This document shows, piece after piece, positions 19,601 to 27,982 of a DNA stretch of 56,225 nucleotides. The translations under genes and the position numbers were made by a program. Source of the stretch: Armatimonadota bacterium (lineage in GTDB: Bacteria; Armatimonadota; Armatimonadia; Armatimonadales; Armatimonadaceae); contig JAYUUO010000036.1 of NCBI GenBank assembly GCA_043754515.1, positions 1 through 56,225 of the forward strand, written 5' to 3'. The notes under the pieces were generated by a model. The model had not been told where the DNA came from. It made no database searches and saw only the letters and a list, made by a program, of their open reading frames with translations. Position 1 is the stretch's first letter. Each line of letters starts with the position of its first letter.

Positions 19601-20041
19601 GTAGTTCCAGTAGAACGCCAGCCGACCCCGCGCCCGCACGGCACCCGCGCCCTGATGGATGTCGCCGGAGAGAGTGCGCGGGTCGAGCCAGTCCTTGAGA
19701 TGCGGGTACTCCTGCAAACTGCGGCGCAGTTGTTCCACCCCCTGCACCGTGACGTGGATCTTGTCCGACTCGTCCAGGTTCGCGGCGTCCGAATAGTTCG
19801 GGTTACCCGCCAGCCCCTGCTGATCCGTGTCTATCTGAAGGAACGACACGATGGGCAATTTGCCGAACGACCCGTACTTCTGAAGCAGTCGTTCGCGCAC
19901 GTCCAGCAGTATCTTGTGCCCGGTCCCGCCGACTCCGATCAGGAGTGACCGTGAGATGCCCTGTAGTTTCTGGTCCTCGGCGGTCGGAGCCGCGCCCGCT
20001 GTTGCCGCGGTGGTAGTGGGAGTGTTAAATGTTTCCGCCAT
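16652..20041 (-). CDS. Large tubulin/FtsZ-like GTPase (Tubulin_2 / FtsZl1-like) with C-terminal SHOCT-like domain
   Basis: LLIGVGGTGHKI, IDTD, GAGAVRARGR, GSLLGGTGSGMFID, PNAYAGLVEL; C-terminal ERLQELKGLFDEGLIEDAEYKAARAAIL. Confidence 0.88.
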   Translation of the reverse strand: MAETFNTPTTTAATAGAAPTAEDQKLQGISRSLLIGVGGTGHKILLDVRERLLQKYGSFGKLPIVSFLQIDTDQQGLAGNPNYSDAANLDESDKIHVTVQGVEQLRRSLQEYPHLKDWLDPRTLSGDIHQGAGAVRARGRLAFYWNYDKIVGRIQEEYGEITKEASKAAAIRNGLQVSDDVTVYVLGSLLGGTGSGMFIDVAYTVKELLKSQSLLEVIGIFTVPPSGAAVATDNKPNAYAGLVELNHFTDVSTTFHAQYKPDQPGINNGAGNPEPPFRYCYLVDTSSPKTNLGSVDKLVGMIGNSVFLDLTSEFQRQKKSNRNNFDQYLTVPDDLGCPQNFMSMGLSAIHFPKDKVVRACSSRLCRQIVARWTEPLQKVAHIGAFTEGELGRLGLSMDEVQRQIQVLNAESGELIRDIAMGFWNNVNRQYETAYPGDNRVVELLTVKQKEQEAKLVDTDPNPDILGKARTNLGEYLWQMRENLRTLIPAKEIALRSFLSDCVNDPNRRHGVARAFLDQATERFRSFVDVVGKTRDQSKESLAPTAIQRDTQLGEITRFAADPMLGLIMGARRREINEKKDAYFSQARRWDVAMIDIRAQDAAIYFYTAMLPVLDRLKEEMDAYIERMKSLEAYYRKEENAAIESGVSVNGDSLFDRGRRVETENGVVNYEGGDIENRYTAYVGNGLDPSNPVVTTASADVLAELGTAGNIYGIRDADLNRIKAALTSRSERVFGALESESVLDKFFQKYGEGTERSVAQLSHVYSLSSPFIHLQENAPNYKHNQNKEQTIVGVMNGAEPRTDAEQRFRSMLKDTVQGIRDGQISNADEQHQALFLRERAAFPLRLLVGIEEYRFAYEQALAQGASANPIHTRRDIREWIRISPPSFLTQSQAWQTFCVGWAARVIDEERDTRYTATGTRETVKFIAKYNDRFGMPKTDPLGAFINITGDMAKLIAQGESEATQASRPPKEGREIIMNLCDNQTLREQLDQGIEAKLHELGVSELGGQLVRHVQVQERVLPPAIYRPYQKAISDYLERVNYAGFGNAVSVAPAANVPVTVVATTVAPFPSLNGGGGGVALAATASMPAITASATLLSKKERLQELKGLFDEGLIEDAEYKAARAAILAGP

Positions 20042-20092
20042 AATGTTTGAATAGTTACCAGATGTATGATTTTGGGTTAACAACCCGGTAGT

Positions 20093-20350
20093 TTACGACG
20101 CCATAAACGCCAGAATCCCCAGGATGTTCGGCAGCTCCGGGATCGTGTATTCCCGCAGATCAATTGTGATCGCGTTGCCCTCCAGTTCAAGGAAACGCCA
20201 GCGGGTACCGTCGGTTACGGTTCCATATATAATTCCCACGGTCTTATCGCGCCGCGCGTTGAACCGTTGCGCACCGACCATCTCGGCGGCGCATTGGGGG
20301 ATGCCCGCGTTCAAGTCCTCTTTCTTCGCTTCGGCGACCACGATAAGGTG
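20093..20350 (-). pseudogene. C-terminal remnant of a PD-(D/E)xK restriction-endonuclease-like small protein
   Basis: IVVAEAKKEDLNAGIPQCAAEM..IYGTVTDGTRWRFL; no plausible N-terminus. Confidence 0.65.
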
Positions 20351-20379
20351 AAGGATTCGTAAGCCATGGGTTCCGGATT

Positions 20380-21378
20380 TTAACCGGCGCGCCCCTGCCA
20401 CCACTTCGCGCCGCCACCGGGCGCGGACACCCCGACTGTCTGCCGCGCGGGTTCGCTGGATATATTGGGCGTCGGCACCAGCGTTTCGGGCACGGACGGG
20501 AGCGGTGCTGGGTTGGGAGCGACGCCCGCGCTAAACAAGTCCGATAGCGGCATGCCTAACTCCTCCTCCAGTTCCCGGTGCGCCATCGCCTGTGACGCGG
20601 CTTCGACACCGAGCCTGTCGAGCGAGGCGGATGCGACACCGACCGCGCCCGCCCCGACCGCCGCGCTTAGCCCGCTATCGAAGGTCCACACGGCGTCCCG
20701 TAGATGGGCAACCTGGAGTAGCGTGTTTTTATACACCGCCGCCGTCACGCCGTGACTCGGTGGTTCCCCCGGTAGCACCGAAATCGCCTCGCCCAGCGCA
20801 GCAAGCGACGCCTGGATCTCAGCACGCGCCGCGCCCTCAGGTATCTTGATGCGCTGGATGTCGAGCGCGAGTGACAGGAACTGCCTCTCCAAGTTGCCCC
20901 GAGCGGTCGGCAGAAGCGACTCGACCTCGGGAGCGGAAAGCGGCAACTGCTCCATCTTTCGTAGCCAGTGCCGGGGGGCGTAACGCCACATGCCGTACAT
21001 ACCGGCTCCCCAGATCGCCGGTAGCAACAGGGCAAGTTCGGCGTGGCTGAACAGCGCGGCGAAGATCGAGGGGACGATGACCAGATAGATGCCGGAGAAG
21101 ATCGAAGCCAGCATCAAGCCGCCGCCGCTGTCTCCCCCCTGAGCGATGGTCGCCACGCGCGCCCTCGTCTCGTCGTCGCGCACCCGCAGATCCTTCGTCC
21201 AGAAAGAAACCAGAGGGTGTCGGCTCGGCGAGATTTCATCAGTGGCTAGGGTAACGGACGTGCCCATCGCGGGGCTGACACCCGTGCGCACGTTCGCGTT
21301 GTGCATGCTCGCCCACGCCCGCCGACGTAGGAGCACCAGATACCGATTTTTGCCCAGGTCGTTCGGATAAAGTTCCAT
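20380..21378 (-). CDS. Hypothetical 2-TM + helical protein, paralog B
   Basis: MELYPNDLG..RRRAW; two TMs; LLPTARGNLER; C-terminal AKWW. Confidence 0.75.
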   Translation of the reverse strand: MELYPNDLGKNRYLVLLRRRAWASMHNANVRTGVSPAMGTSVTLATDEISPSRHPLVSFWTKDLRVRDDETRARVATIAQGGDSGGGLMLASIFSGIYLVIVPSIFAALFSHAELALLLPAIWGAGMYGMWRYAPRHWLRKMEQLPLSAPEVESLLPTARGNLERQFLSLALDIQRIKIPEGAARAEIQASLAALGEAISVLPGEPPSHGVTAAVYKNTLLQVAHLRDAVWTFDSGLSAAVGAGAVGVASASLDRLGVEAASQAMAHRELEEELGMPLSDLFSAGVAPNPAPLPSVPETLVPTPNISSEPARQTVGVSAPGGGAKWWQGRAG

Positions 21379-21438
21379 AGATGATTGTTCAGGGAGAGGA
21401 GACGAAGCAACGCCCGCTCTTTTACCGCATTAGCACGA

Positions 21439-22575
21439 TCAACCGTTCCCGCCACCGCGATGCCACCATTTACTTCCCGCCCGGTACGTGACACCGCCCG
21501 AAGAAGAAGCGTCTGCCGGTTTCCCGCCGTTCCCGACCGTCTGCGTCAGTAGTGTAAGTAGCGGCGCGCCGTACGAAGCCACCTGCCCCTCCTCTTCCAG
21601 TTCTCGCTTTGCGCTCGCGGTAGCCATCGCTTCGCTAGACACACGTCGTACCGCGTCTTGAAGCGCGTCGGCTTGCCGCAGACGGGCGGCGGTCTCCGGT
21701 GACTCATAGACAGTGAGCACGGAACGAAGGGTGTTGATGTGTCCCATTGTCTCGTCGTGTCGCGCCCGTGCTTGCTTCGCTGCGGCCCCCGAGTGTTGCA
21801 GGATCCGCGATTGCCTCTCCTCCCCGTCCGCCTGCCTGAGTAGGGACGCCTGTACGAGAGAGTCTGTCTCCGCCTCGGCCAGTCGGTGCTTGGCGAGTGC
21901 CGCCGCCGCCAGAACCGCCGGGTCATCGTGGCCGACCGCGAATGGCTCTCCCGGAAGAGCTGACACCGTGTCCCCGACCGCCCGTAGCGCGGACCGGATG
22001 TCGGGACCCACCGACACCAGGACGGGTTGCCGCAACGTCTGCGCGACGGTGTTCAGGTAGGCGCGATCAAGTTCGCCGCGCGCCGTCGGGAGGAACGCCT
22101 CGAGCTCGCCCGTGGTTACGGCGTCCGTGTTGATATGCCGGAGCGCGTTGCGTGGCAGGACGAAAGTGGCCTGCGCCGCCCAGATCAGCCAGAGTAAGGA
22201 GGCGAGATAAGTGATAGCCAGGTAGAAGTTACCGGCGTCCACATAATGAGCAGTGGTTAATCCGATGGCGAGCATCGCGATACACCAGAGGAAGAAGGTG
22301 TAGGTGAAGGTCGCGGCGAGATTACGCCACAGGGAGACCCCGGTGTTGGTGTAAGTTAGGAGGGGGGCGAGTTCGACGACATCCTGCTCGGGCAGGTTCG
22401 CCGGTCTGAGCCAGTACCGCGCCAGCCGACTGATTCGGCGGGGCTTCGCGGCGGTGTACGTCGCGTCGCCGCTCACGCCGACATGACCCATCCGGGCGCG
22501 AACGCGGGACAGGGCGCGGCGCTTGATCAATTCCCGACGCCACTTGTCACCCAGATCGCGCGGTGTGATTTCCAT
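21439..22575 (-). CDS. Hypothetical 2-TM + helical protein, paralog A
   Basis: MEITPRDLG..KRRAL; two TMs; FLPTARGELDR; C-terminal SKWW; TATAAT 5 nt before ATG. Confidence 0.78.
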   Translation of the reverse strand: MEITPRDLGDKWRRELIKRRALSRVRARMGHVGVSGDATYTAAKPRRISRLARYWLRPANLPEQDVVELAPLLTYTNTGVSLWRNLAATFTYTFFLWCIAMLAIGLTTAHYVDAGNFYLAITYLASLLWLIWAAQATFVLPRNALRHINTDAVTTGELEAFLPTARGELDRAYLNTVAQTLRQPVLVSVGPDIRSALRAVGDTVSALPGEPFAVGHDDPAVLAAAALAKHRLAEAETDSLVQASLLRQADGEERQSRILQHSGAAAKQARARHDETMGHINTLRSVLTVYESPETAARLRQADALQDAVRRVSSEAMATASAKRELEEEGQVASYGAPLLTLLTQTVGNGGKPADASSSGGVTYRAGSKWWHRGGGNG

Positions 22576-22634
22576 ACCGTATTATACCGGACGCGGTACC
22601 GCATTTGAGGTGCGCGATTGAGGCCGGGAAGTGT

Positions 22635-24011
22635 TCAATCGGCGGGGAGCGCGGCGTGCGCACGCTCCAGTTGCGCCCGCACCGCATCCGGCGCGGTACC
22701 GCCGTAACTGGTTCGCGCCGCCGCCGACGCTTCTGGTAACACCGCCTTGAGCGCGTGCTCGGTGAACCGTGCATCGTAGCCGCGCAGGTCTGTGAGCGTG
22801 AGGCTCTCCAGCATGTCCCCCCGCCCGATACAGTCGCGTACGATTTTGCCGACGATCTCGTGAGCCTCGCGGAAAGGCACCCCGCCCGCCGCCAGGGAGT
22901 CGGCGAGATCGGTTGCGGTCGAGAAGTCGCCGCGACAAGCCTCGGCCATCCTCTCCGTCCTCCACGCCGCCCCCGCGAGAAGCCGGTTCATCAGGCGGAC
23001 ACACATCAGGGACGTGTCGAACGCGTCGAAGAGCGGTTCTTTGTCTTCCTGCATGTCTTTGTTATAAGCAAGCACGAGGCCCTTCATCAGCGTCAGGAGT
23101 GTGACGAGATCGCCGTACACCCGCCCTGTTTTGCCTCGGATAAGTTCGGCGACATCGGGGTTTTTTTTCTGCGGCATAATACTGGAGCCGGTGGTCACCG
23201 CGTCCGAAAGATCCACGAACCCGAACTCTGGTGACGACCAGAGCACGAACTCCTCGGCCAGCCGCGACAGATGCATCATGAGTAGCGAGGCGCAGGAACA
23301 AAACTCCACGGCGAAGTCGCGGTCGGAGACCGCATCGAGCGAATTTTCCACAATGCCCGCGAACCCGAGTTGCTCCGCGACGAAGGCGCGATCCAGCGGG
23401 AACGGGGTTCCCGCGAGTGCGCCCGCCCCGAGCGGCGACAGATCCATCCGTTTCCGGCAGTCCGCGAGCCGCCCGTCGTCCCGTGACAACATCCAGAAGT
23501 ACGCGAGAAGGTGGTGCGAAAGCAGAACCGGCTGGGCGTGCTGGTGGTGCGTCCGCCCAGGCAGGATCGCACCGAACTGCTCCTCCGCGACCGAGAGTAG
23601 ACCCCGCCGCAGTTCGGTTACCGCCCCACGCAATTCACTCACCGCGCCCTTGAGCCACAGGCGGATGTCCGTCGCGACTTGGTCGTTGCGCGACCGCCCC
23701 GTGTGGAGTTTGCCCGCGACCGCCCCGATCCGCGCCTTGAGTAGCCCTTCGACGGCGGAATGAATATCTTCGGCGTCGTCGGGGAGCGTAGCCCCCCCCG
23801 ATCCGAGGTCGTCGCGCAAGGCGCACAAACCCGCTACCAGCGCATCCGCCTCCTCGGGGGTGATTATCCCCTGCTTGCCTAGCATCGTCGCGTGCGCGAC
23901 GCTCCCCGCTATATCCTCGCGCCAGAGCCGTCGGTCAAAGCCGAGCGACTGATTGAACGCGAAAACGAGCGAATCGGTCCCGCCCTCGAATCGTCCGCCC
24001 CAGAGTGCCAT
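22635..24011 (-). CDS. argH: Argininosuccinate lyase
   Basis: LWGGRF, LHTGRSRNDQVATD, GSSIMPQKKNPD, YNKDMQEDKE. Confidence 0.98.
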   Translation of the reverse strand: MALWGGRFEGGTDSLVFAFNQSLGFDRRLWREDIAGSVAHATMLGKQGIITPEEADALVAGLCALRDDLGSGGATLPDDAEDIHSAVEGLLKARIGAVAGKLHTGRSRNDQVATDIRLWLKGAVSELRGAVTELRRGLLSVAEEQFGAILPGRTHHQHAQPVLLSHHLLAYFWMLSRDDGRLADCRKRMDLSPLGAGALAGTPFPLDRAFVAEQLGFAGIVENSLDAVSDRDFAVEFCSCASLLMMHLSRLAEEFVLWSSPEFGFVDLSDAVTTGSSIMPQKKNPDVAELIRGKTGRVYGDLVTLLTLMKGLVLAYNKDMQEDKEPLFDAFDTSLMCVRLMNRLLAGAAWRTERMAEACRGDFSTATDLADSLAAGGVPFREAHEIVGKIVRDCIGRGDMLESLTLTDLRGYDARFTEHALKAVLPEASAAARTSYGGTAPDAVRAQLERAHAALPAD

Positions 24012-24188
24012 AATGCGTCCATCCTATCATGCTTGCCGCGCACGGTGTGTGTCGCGGGAGAAGGCGATTAGGGCGATGGGACTAGTCTCGCATAGCTCGC
24101 GGCGGCTTCCGGCGGTCGCGGAACGGTGGGCGCACGCCTTCGCGGTCAGGCGTGGGCGTGCCTTGCTCTTTAAATCACGATTCATAAA

Positions 24189-24311
24189 ACTGACGGCACG
24201 CGCTGGCGATTCTTGCGGTTGTCCGGCACTACCATGACGCTCGACGGGCGCGAGTACGGTATCGCCGAACTATCCCACATCATTGGCATACTGGTACACA
24301 TGGTCTCATAG
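24189..24311 (+). pseudogene. Second C-terminal remnant of the same endonuclease-like family as 20093-20350
   Basis: Manual translation TDGTRWRFLRLSGTTMTLDGREYGIAELSHIIGILVHMVS* aligns to TDGTRWRFLELEGNAITIDLREYTIPELPNILGILAFMAS*. Confidence 0.75.
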
Positions 24312-24375
24312 ATCAAGGCGCGACCAAGATGCAACCCGTCAGGGTTGAAGCTGGCACGCTTGATCCCGCCCACGG

Positions 24376-24831
24376 CTACCGCGTGGCGGAGTCGCTACCC
24401 AAACTCCGCTTGCTTTTGCCAAACAGGTAATGGTCCATGGATAGGGTCCCCGGCCCGGTGAGGAAAAGTGTGAGGCCCACCACGAAATAGGTCAGGGCGG
24501 GTTCCTTACTAGGCCCCTCCCCCTTGCCAATGATCGGCGCGGCACCGAGCGCGATAAATGCCGCGAACAGCATAGTCGCCATGATCCCGAGAGAAGCGAG
24601 AGAGGTGAGCAGACCGGCGACGAGAGCCATGCCCCCGACAAATTCGCTGAACGCGCCGAGGAACTGCAAGAAGCCGGGAACCGGTGCTGACGGCCCCATC
24701 CAGTTCGTCGGATGCTGGATCTTCGGAAAGCCGTGTACCATCAGGGCGAGTCCCGCGAGGACGCGCAGGACCAGAAGCCCGGTAGCACCCCGCCCGCCGA
24801 CGAAGGGGCCGTAAAAAAATCGCTTAATCAT
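24376..24831 (-). CDS. DoxX family membrane protein
   Basis: LLVLRVLAGLALMVHGFPK, EFVGG..GLLT, GPGTLSMD. Confidence 0.9.
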   Translation of the reverse strand: MIKRFFYGPFVGGRGATGLLVLRVLAGLALMVHGFPKIQHPTNWMGPSAPVPGFLQFLGAFSEFVGGMALVAGLLTSLASLGIMATMLFAAFIALGAAPIIGKGEGPSKEPALTYFVVGLTLFLTGPGTLSMDHYLFGKSKRSLGSDSATR

Positions 24832-25027
24832 CGCTCATTACTTCATCATACAGCTATGCCGCCTGATCGAAGCCGACATGGGCGCGATCCGTGACGACCG
24901 GCGCATCCGCCAAACGGTTCCTGGCACTATTGGCTCATTCCCCATCGTGGCCTATCGCAAACAAATCCTTGCCCGCGTACGTAACGGGGTATAAAATAAG
25001 TGGTAAAGGCTACAAATCAGGAAACAC

Positions 25028-26086
25028 ATGGACTACCAATCGAGCATTGTCAAGACTTTAGCGGGAACGGCGGCGATATTGTCGCTAAGTACCGCCGCGT
25101 TCGCCGTGGGTAGGACGGATACGGCGTCGCCCAAATATCCGTACGGGGAAACAAGCACCTTCGCGTCGTTCGTGAAGGAATCGTTCCGCACAGCCGGGGC
25201 CGATGATCCCGGTGCCGCGCACTCCTTCTTCACCTACATGGGTGACGCGATCCCGGCGTCCATGGACGCCGCGAAGCCCCGCCTCAATCAGATCAAGGAC
25301 CCGAAGGCGCGGGCGGAACAGGAGCGGGTTCTTTGCACCGACCTTCACAAGGCGATCAAGAAACAAATCCCTAAGTTCTCTCTGGACCGCGGGTTCGAGT
25401 TCTCCAACACGGTGAAACTCGGCGAGCGACAATGCTTCTTGCAGTCCGTGGTGATCGCCTCGCTTTTGCAACGGGCGGGCGTCCCAGCGGGGGTCGCGAT
25501 GGTGTCCCGTAATGACAAAGGTGCCTACTGCAATAACGGTCACGCGGTCGCTATCGCTAGGCTCGCCGATGGCAACGACGTCATCGTAGACGCGTCCGAC
25601 CCGATTCCGTTCATGACGCATCAAGGGCTGATGGTGGCGGTGCCTTCTACTAGGACATACGCCTATGTCCAGCCCATCTATGATGCCGAAAACCGCATTG
25701 TGTCGTACAAGCGGTTCGGGAACGGGAAAAACGTCGCGCCGACTTCCGTTGCAATGCTGGACGTGCCCTTCCTTCGCTCACAGTTCGACTACTACCGTGG
25801 GGAGCGGACGCCGGGTGGTTTGTTCACCCCGCCGCTCGCGAAACCCGCCGGTCTCGCGCAGTCGGAGAAATGGCTGAAACGGAGCGTGTCGGAGTGCCCG
25901 CGCAACCCGCTCGCTGTTTACATGCTTGGGAAGGTACAGGAGCGACAGGGTGAGATCGCGGCGGCGCGTAAATCTTACACAAACGCATACGCGCTCTACT
26001 CCCAGTTCGGGTGGATCCCGAACGAAGAGTCGCGTTCGTTGGTGGCAATAAAACAGAAGCAACAGCAGGCAGTGGTCGCCCCTTGA
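25028..26086 (+). CDS. Secreted transglutaminase-like (Cys-His-Asp) protein with C-terminal TPR
   Basis: Signal peptide; RQCFLQSVVIASLLQRAGVPA, NGHAV, IVDAS; C-terminal TPR-like helices. Confidence 0.6.
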   Translation: MDYQSSIVKTLAGTAAILSLSTAAFAVGRTDTASPKYPYGETSTFASFVKESFRTAGADDPGAAHSFFTYMGDAIPASMDAAKPRLNQIKDPKARAEQERVLCTDLHKAIKKQIPKFSLDRGFEFSNTVKLGERQCFLQSVVIASLLQRAGVPAGVAMVSRNDKGAYCNNGHAVAIARLADGNDVIVDASDPIPFMTHQGLMVAVPSTRTYAYVQPIYDAENRIVSYKRFGNGKNVAPTSVAMLDVPFLRSQFDYYRGERTPGGLFTPPLAKPAGLAQSEKWLKRSVSECPRNPLAVYMLGKVQERQGEIAAARKSYTNAYALYSQFGWIPNEESRSLVAIKQKQQQAVVAP

Positions 26087-26108
26087 ATGGCACGAAGGAG
26101 TAGATGAC

Positions 26109-27272
26109 ATGGCGACAGCCGTCGCGACGAAAACAGCCAGTGGACAAACGCGCGGGTCCATCGAGTCGAAAACCGCCGCCGATAAGCCTGCTCCAGCGCG
26201 CCTCGCCGCGCTGGATGCCTTCCGGGGACTCACCATTCTGCTGATGTTGTTCGTAAATAACATTGTGCTAAATGCGGACACTCCTCAAGGTCTGATGCAC
26301 GCGGAGTGGTCCGGTCGCGTCAATCTGGCCGATGTCGTCTTCCCCTGGTTTTTGCTGGCGGTGGGCGTCGCGATACCTTTCGCCGTCGCCTCCCACCGCA
26401 GAAAAAGCGAGAGTTGGCTCGGCTATTTCGCGAAAGCCTTGAAGCGCGCTATCACATTGGTCGTTCTCGGGATCCTCGTAGACTCCACGATCAACCACGC
26501 CCTGACACCCAGACTCGGCGTTCTGCAGATAATCGGGTTGGCATACCTCGTCGCCGCGATGCTGTCGCCGCTCCCTACCTTCTGGCGCGTGGCGTCGGCA
26601 CTCGCGCTTCTAACCGCGCATACGGCTTTTCTACTAGTCTGGCACGTGCCGGGCCTCTGGCCTGGCGTAGTGACTCCAGGCCAGAACGCGGTCGCGTTTA
26701 TGAACGAGATCTATCTCGCCCCGTGGGGTCTGAAGGGTGTGCTGTCGGTGATCCCCACGGCGGCTATGGTGCTGATAGGAACTGCTACAGGGGATCTGTA
26801 CCGGCGAGGCGAGATGACCGTGCCGCGTCGGGCATTACTCTGCACGGTGGGCGGCGTGCTGTTGCTAGGCTTGGGTTACCTGGCTAGTTTCGCGTTGCCA
26901 ATGAACAAGCCGTTGTGGACGGCCTCCTATATCCTCTACACGGCGGGGTTAGGCGCGGTGCTACTGGCTTTACTGCATCTGTTGGTTGACGGTAACCGGT
27001 TCGGCGCGGGTCTCGCGTTCCCGCTACTCGTCCCCGGCTCGAACGCGATCACCGCATACGTCGCACCTATATTGTTTAAGATAAATGTGTTGCAAGGCTG
27101 GAGTGTCGCGACAGGCGCGGGTCGGCTGTCCATAGAAGCGTTCCTCCAGAGCGTCTGCTATCATGTGGCGGGAAAAATAAACGGCGGCTGGCTCTACACA
27201 TTCTCGTACATCGCAATCTGGTGGCTGGTGCTGTATTATCTGTATAGAAAACAATGGCTTCTTCGAGTATAA
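26109..27272 (+). CDS. Heparan-alpha-glucosaminide N-acetyltransferase-like membrane protein (DUF5009/NagX family)
   Basis: RLAALDAFRGLTILLMLFVN, ADVVFPWFL, GVLQIIG, PMNKPLWTASY, GSNAI. Confidence 0.88.
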   Translation: MATAVATKTASGQTRGSIESKTAADKPAPARLAALDAFRGLTILLMLFVNNIVLNADTPQGLMHAEWSGRVNLADVVFPWFLLAVGVAIPFAVASHRRKSESWLGYFAKALKRAITLVVLGILVDSTINHALTPRLGVLQIIGLAYLVAAMLSPLPTFWRVASALALLTAHTAFLLVWHVPGLWPGVVTPGQNAVAFMNEIYLAPWGLKGVLSVIPTAAMVLIGTATGDLYRRGEMTVPRRALLCTVGGVLLLGLGYLASFALPMNKPLWTASYILYTAGLGAVLLALLHLLVDGNRFGAGLAFPLLVPGSNAITAYVAPILFKINVLQGWSVATGAGRLSIEAFLQSVCYHVAGKINGGWLYTFSYIAIWWLVLYYLYRKQWLLRV

Positions 27273-27982
27273 ATTCAAACGCCCATGACCACGTCAGCCC
27301 CGGCGACAGCCTCCTATCCGAGGTTAAGGATCTCGTGGACAAGCGTAAAGTTGAGTCCCGAGTCCCAGTGATTGTGACGATACTTGCCGTCAGCGCGTTG
27401 ACGTTCGCCCTGCCGCACTCGCTCGCGCCTTACCCAAAGTGGATACCTCTCGCGGTGCTCACGTTTCTGATGATCCTTGCCCGATGGACTTACCAGGAAG
27501 GACATCACGTGTGGAACCATTTTATTGGCAATCTCGCGAACGGCGTAACCACCGGCTTCCTGCTGTATTCGGTCGGTTTATTGGTCCTGTCGCTGCCCAA
27601 GCACAAGGAGACGCCGGGACAATTGTTGCTGTCCGCCGGAATATTGTGGGTTACGAATGTGATCGTGTTCGCCCTCTGGTACTGGCGCATTGACGCGGGC
27701 GGCCCCAATGAACGCGAGCGCAGGGAGAGACACGATTGTGGGGCGTTCTTGTTCCCCCAGATGGTGCTCGACGACGAAACGGCGGCCGCCTCCCACTACG
27801 CGCAGTGGTCACCGCAGTTCGCCGACTACGTATTCCTGGCGTTCAACACCAGTACCGCTCTCTCACCTACCGATACCTCCGTGCTATCGCGATGGGCGAA
27901 ACTGATGATGATGGCGCAATCCGCGATCTCGCTGATAATCATCGTCTTGCTCGCCGCGCGCGCCGTGAATACCCTGCAATGA
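27254..27982 (+). CDS. DUF1345-like membrane protein
   Basis: WVTNVIVFALWYW..DAGGP, FLFPQ, WSPQFADYVFLAFNTSTALSPTD. Confidence 0.8.
   Translation: MASSSINSNAHDHVSPGDSLLSEVKDLVDKRKVESRVPVIVTILAVSALTFALPHSLAPYPKWIPLAVLTFLMILARWTYQEGHHVWNHFIGNLANGVTTGFLLYSVGLLVLSLPKHKETPGQLLLSAGILWVTNVIVFALWYWRIDAGGPNERERRERHDCGAFLFPQMVLDDETAAASHYAQWSPQFADYVFLAFNTSTALSPTDTSVLSRWAKLMMMAQSAISLIIIVLLAARAVNTLQ

Noticed and set aside
13968..22575. Genomic island integrated at tRNA-Ala
   Set aside because: No integrase and no duplicated tRNA 3' end seen; the accessory genes lie on the 5' side of the tRNA
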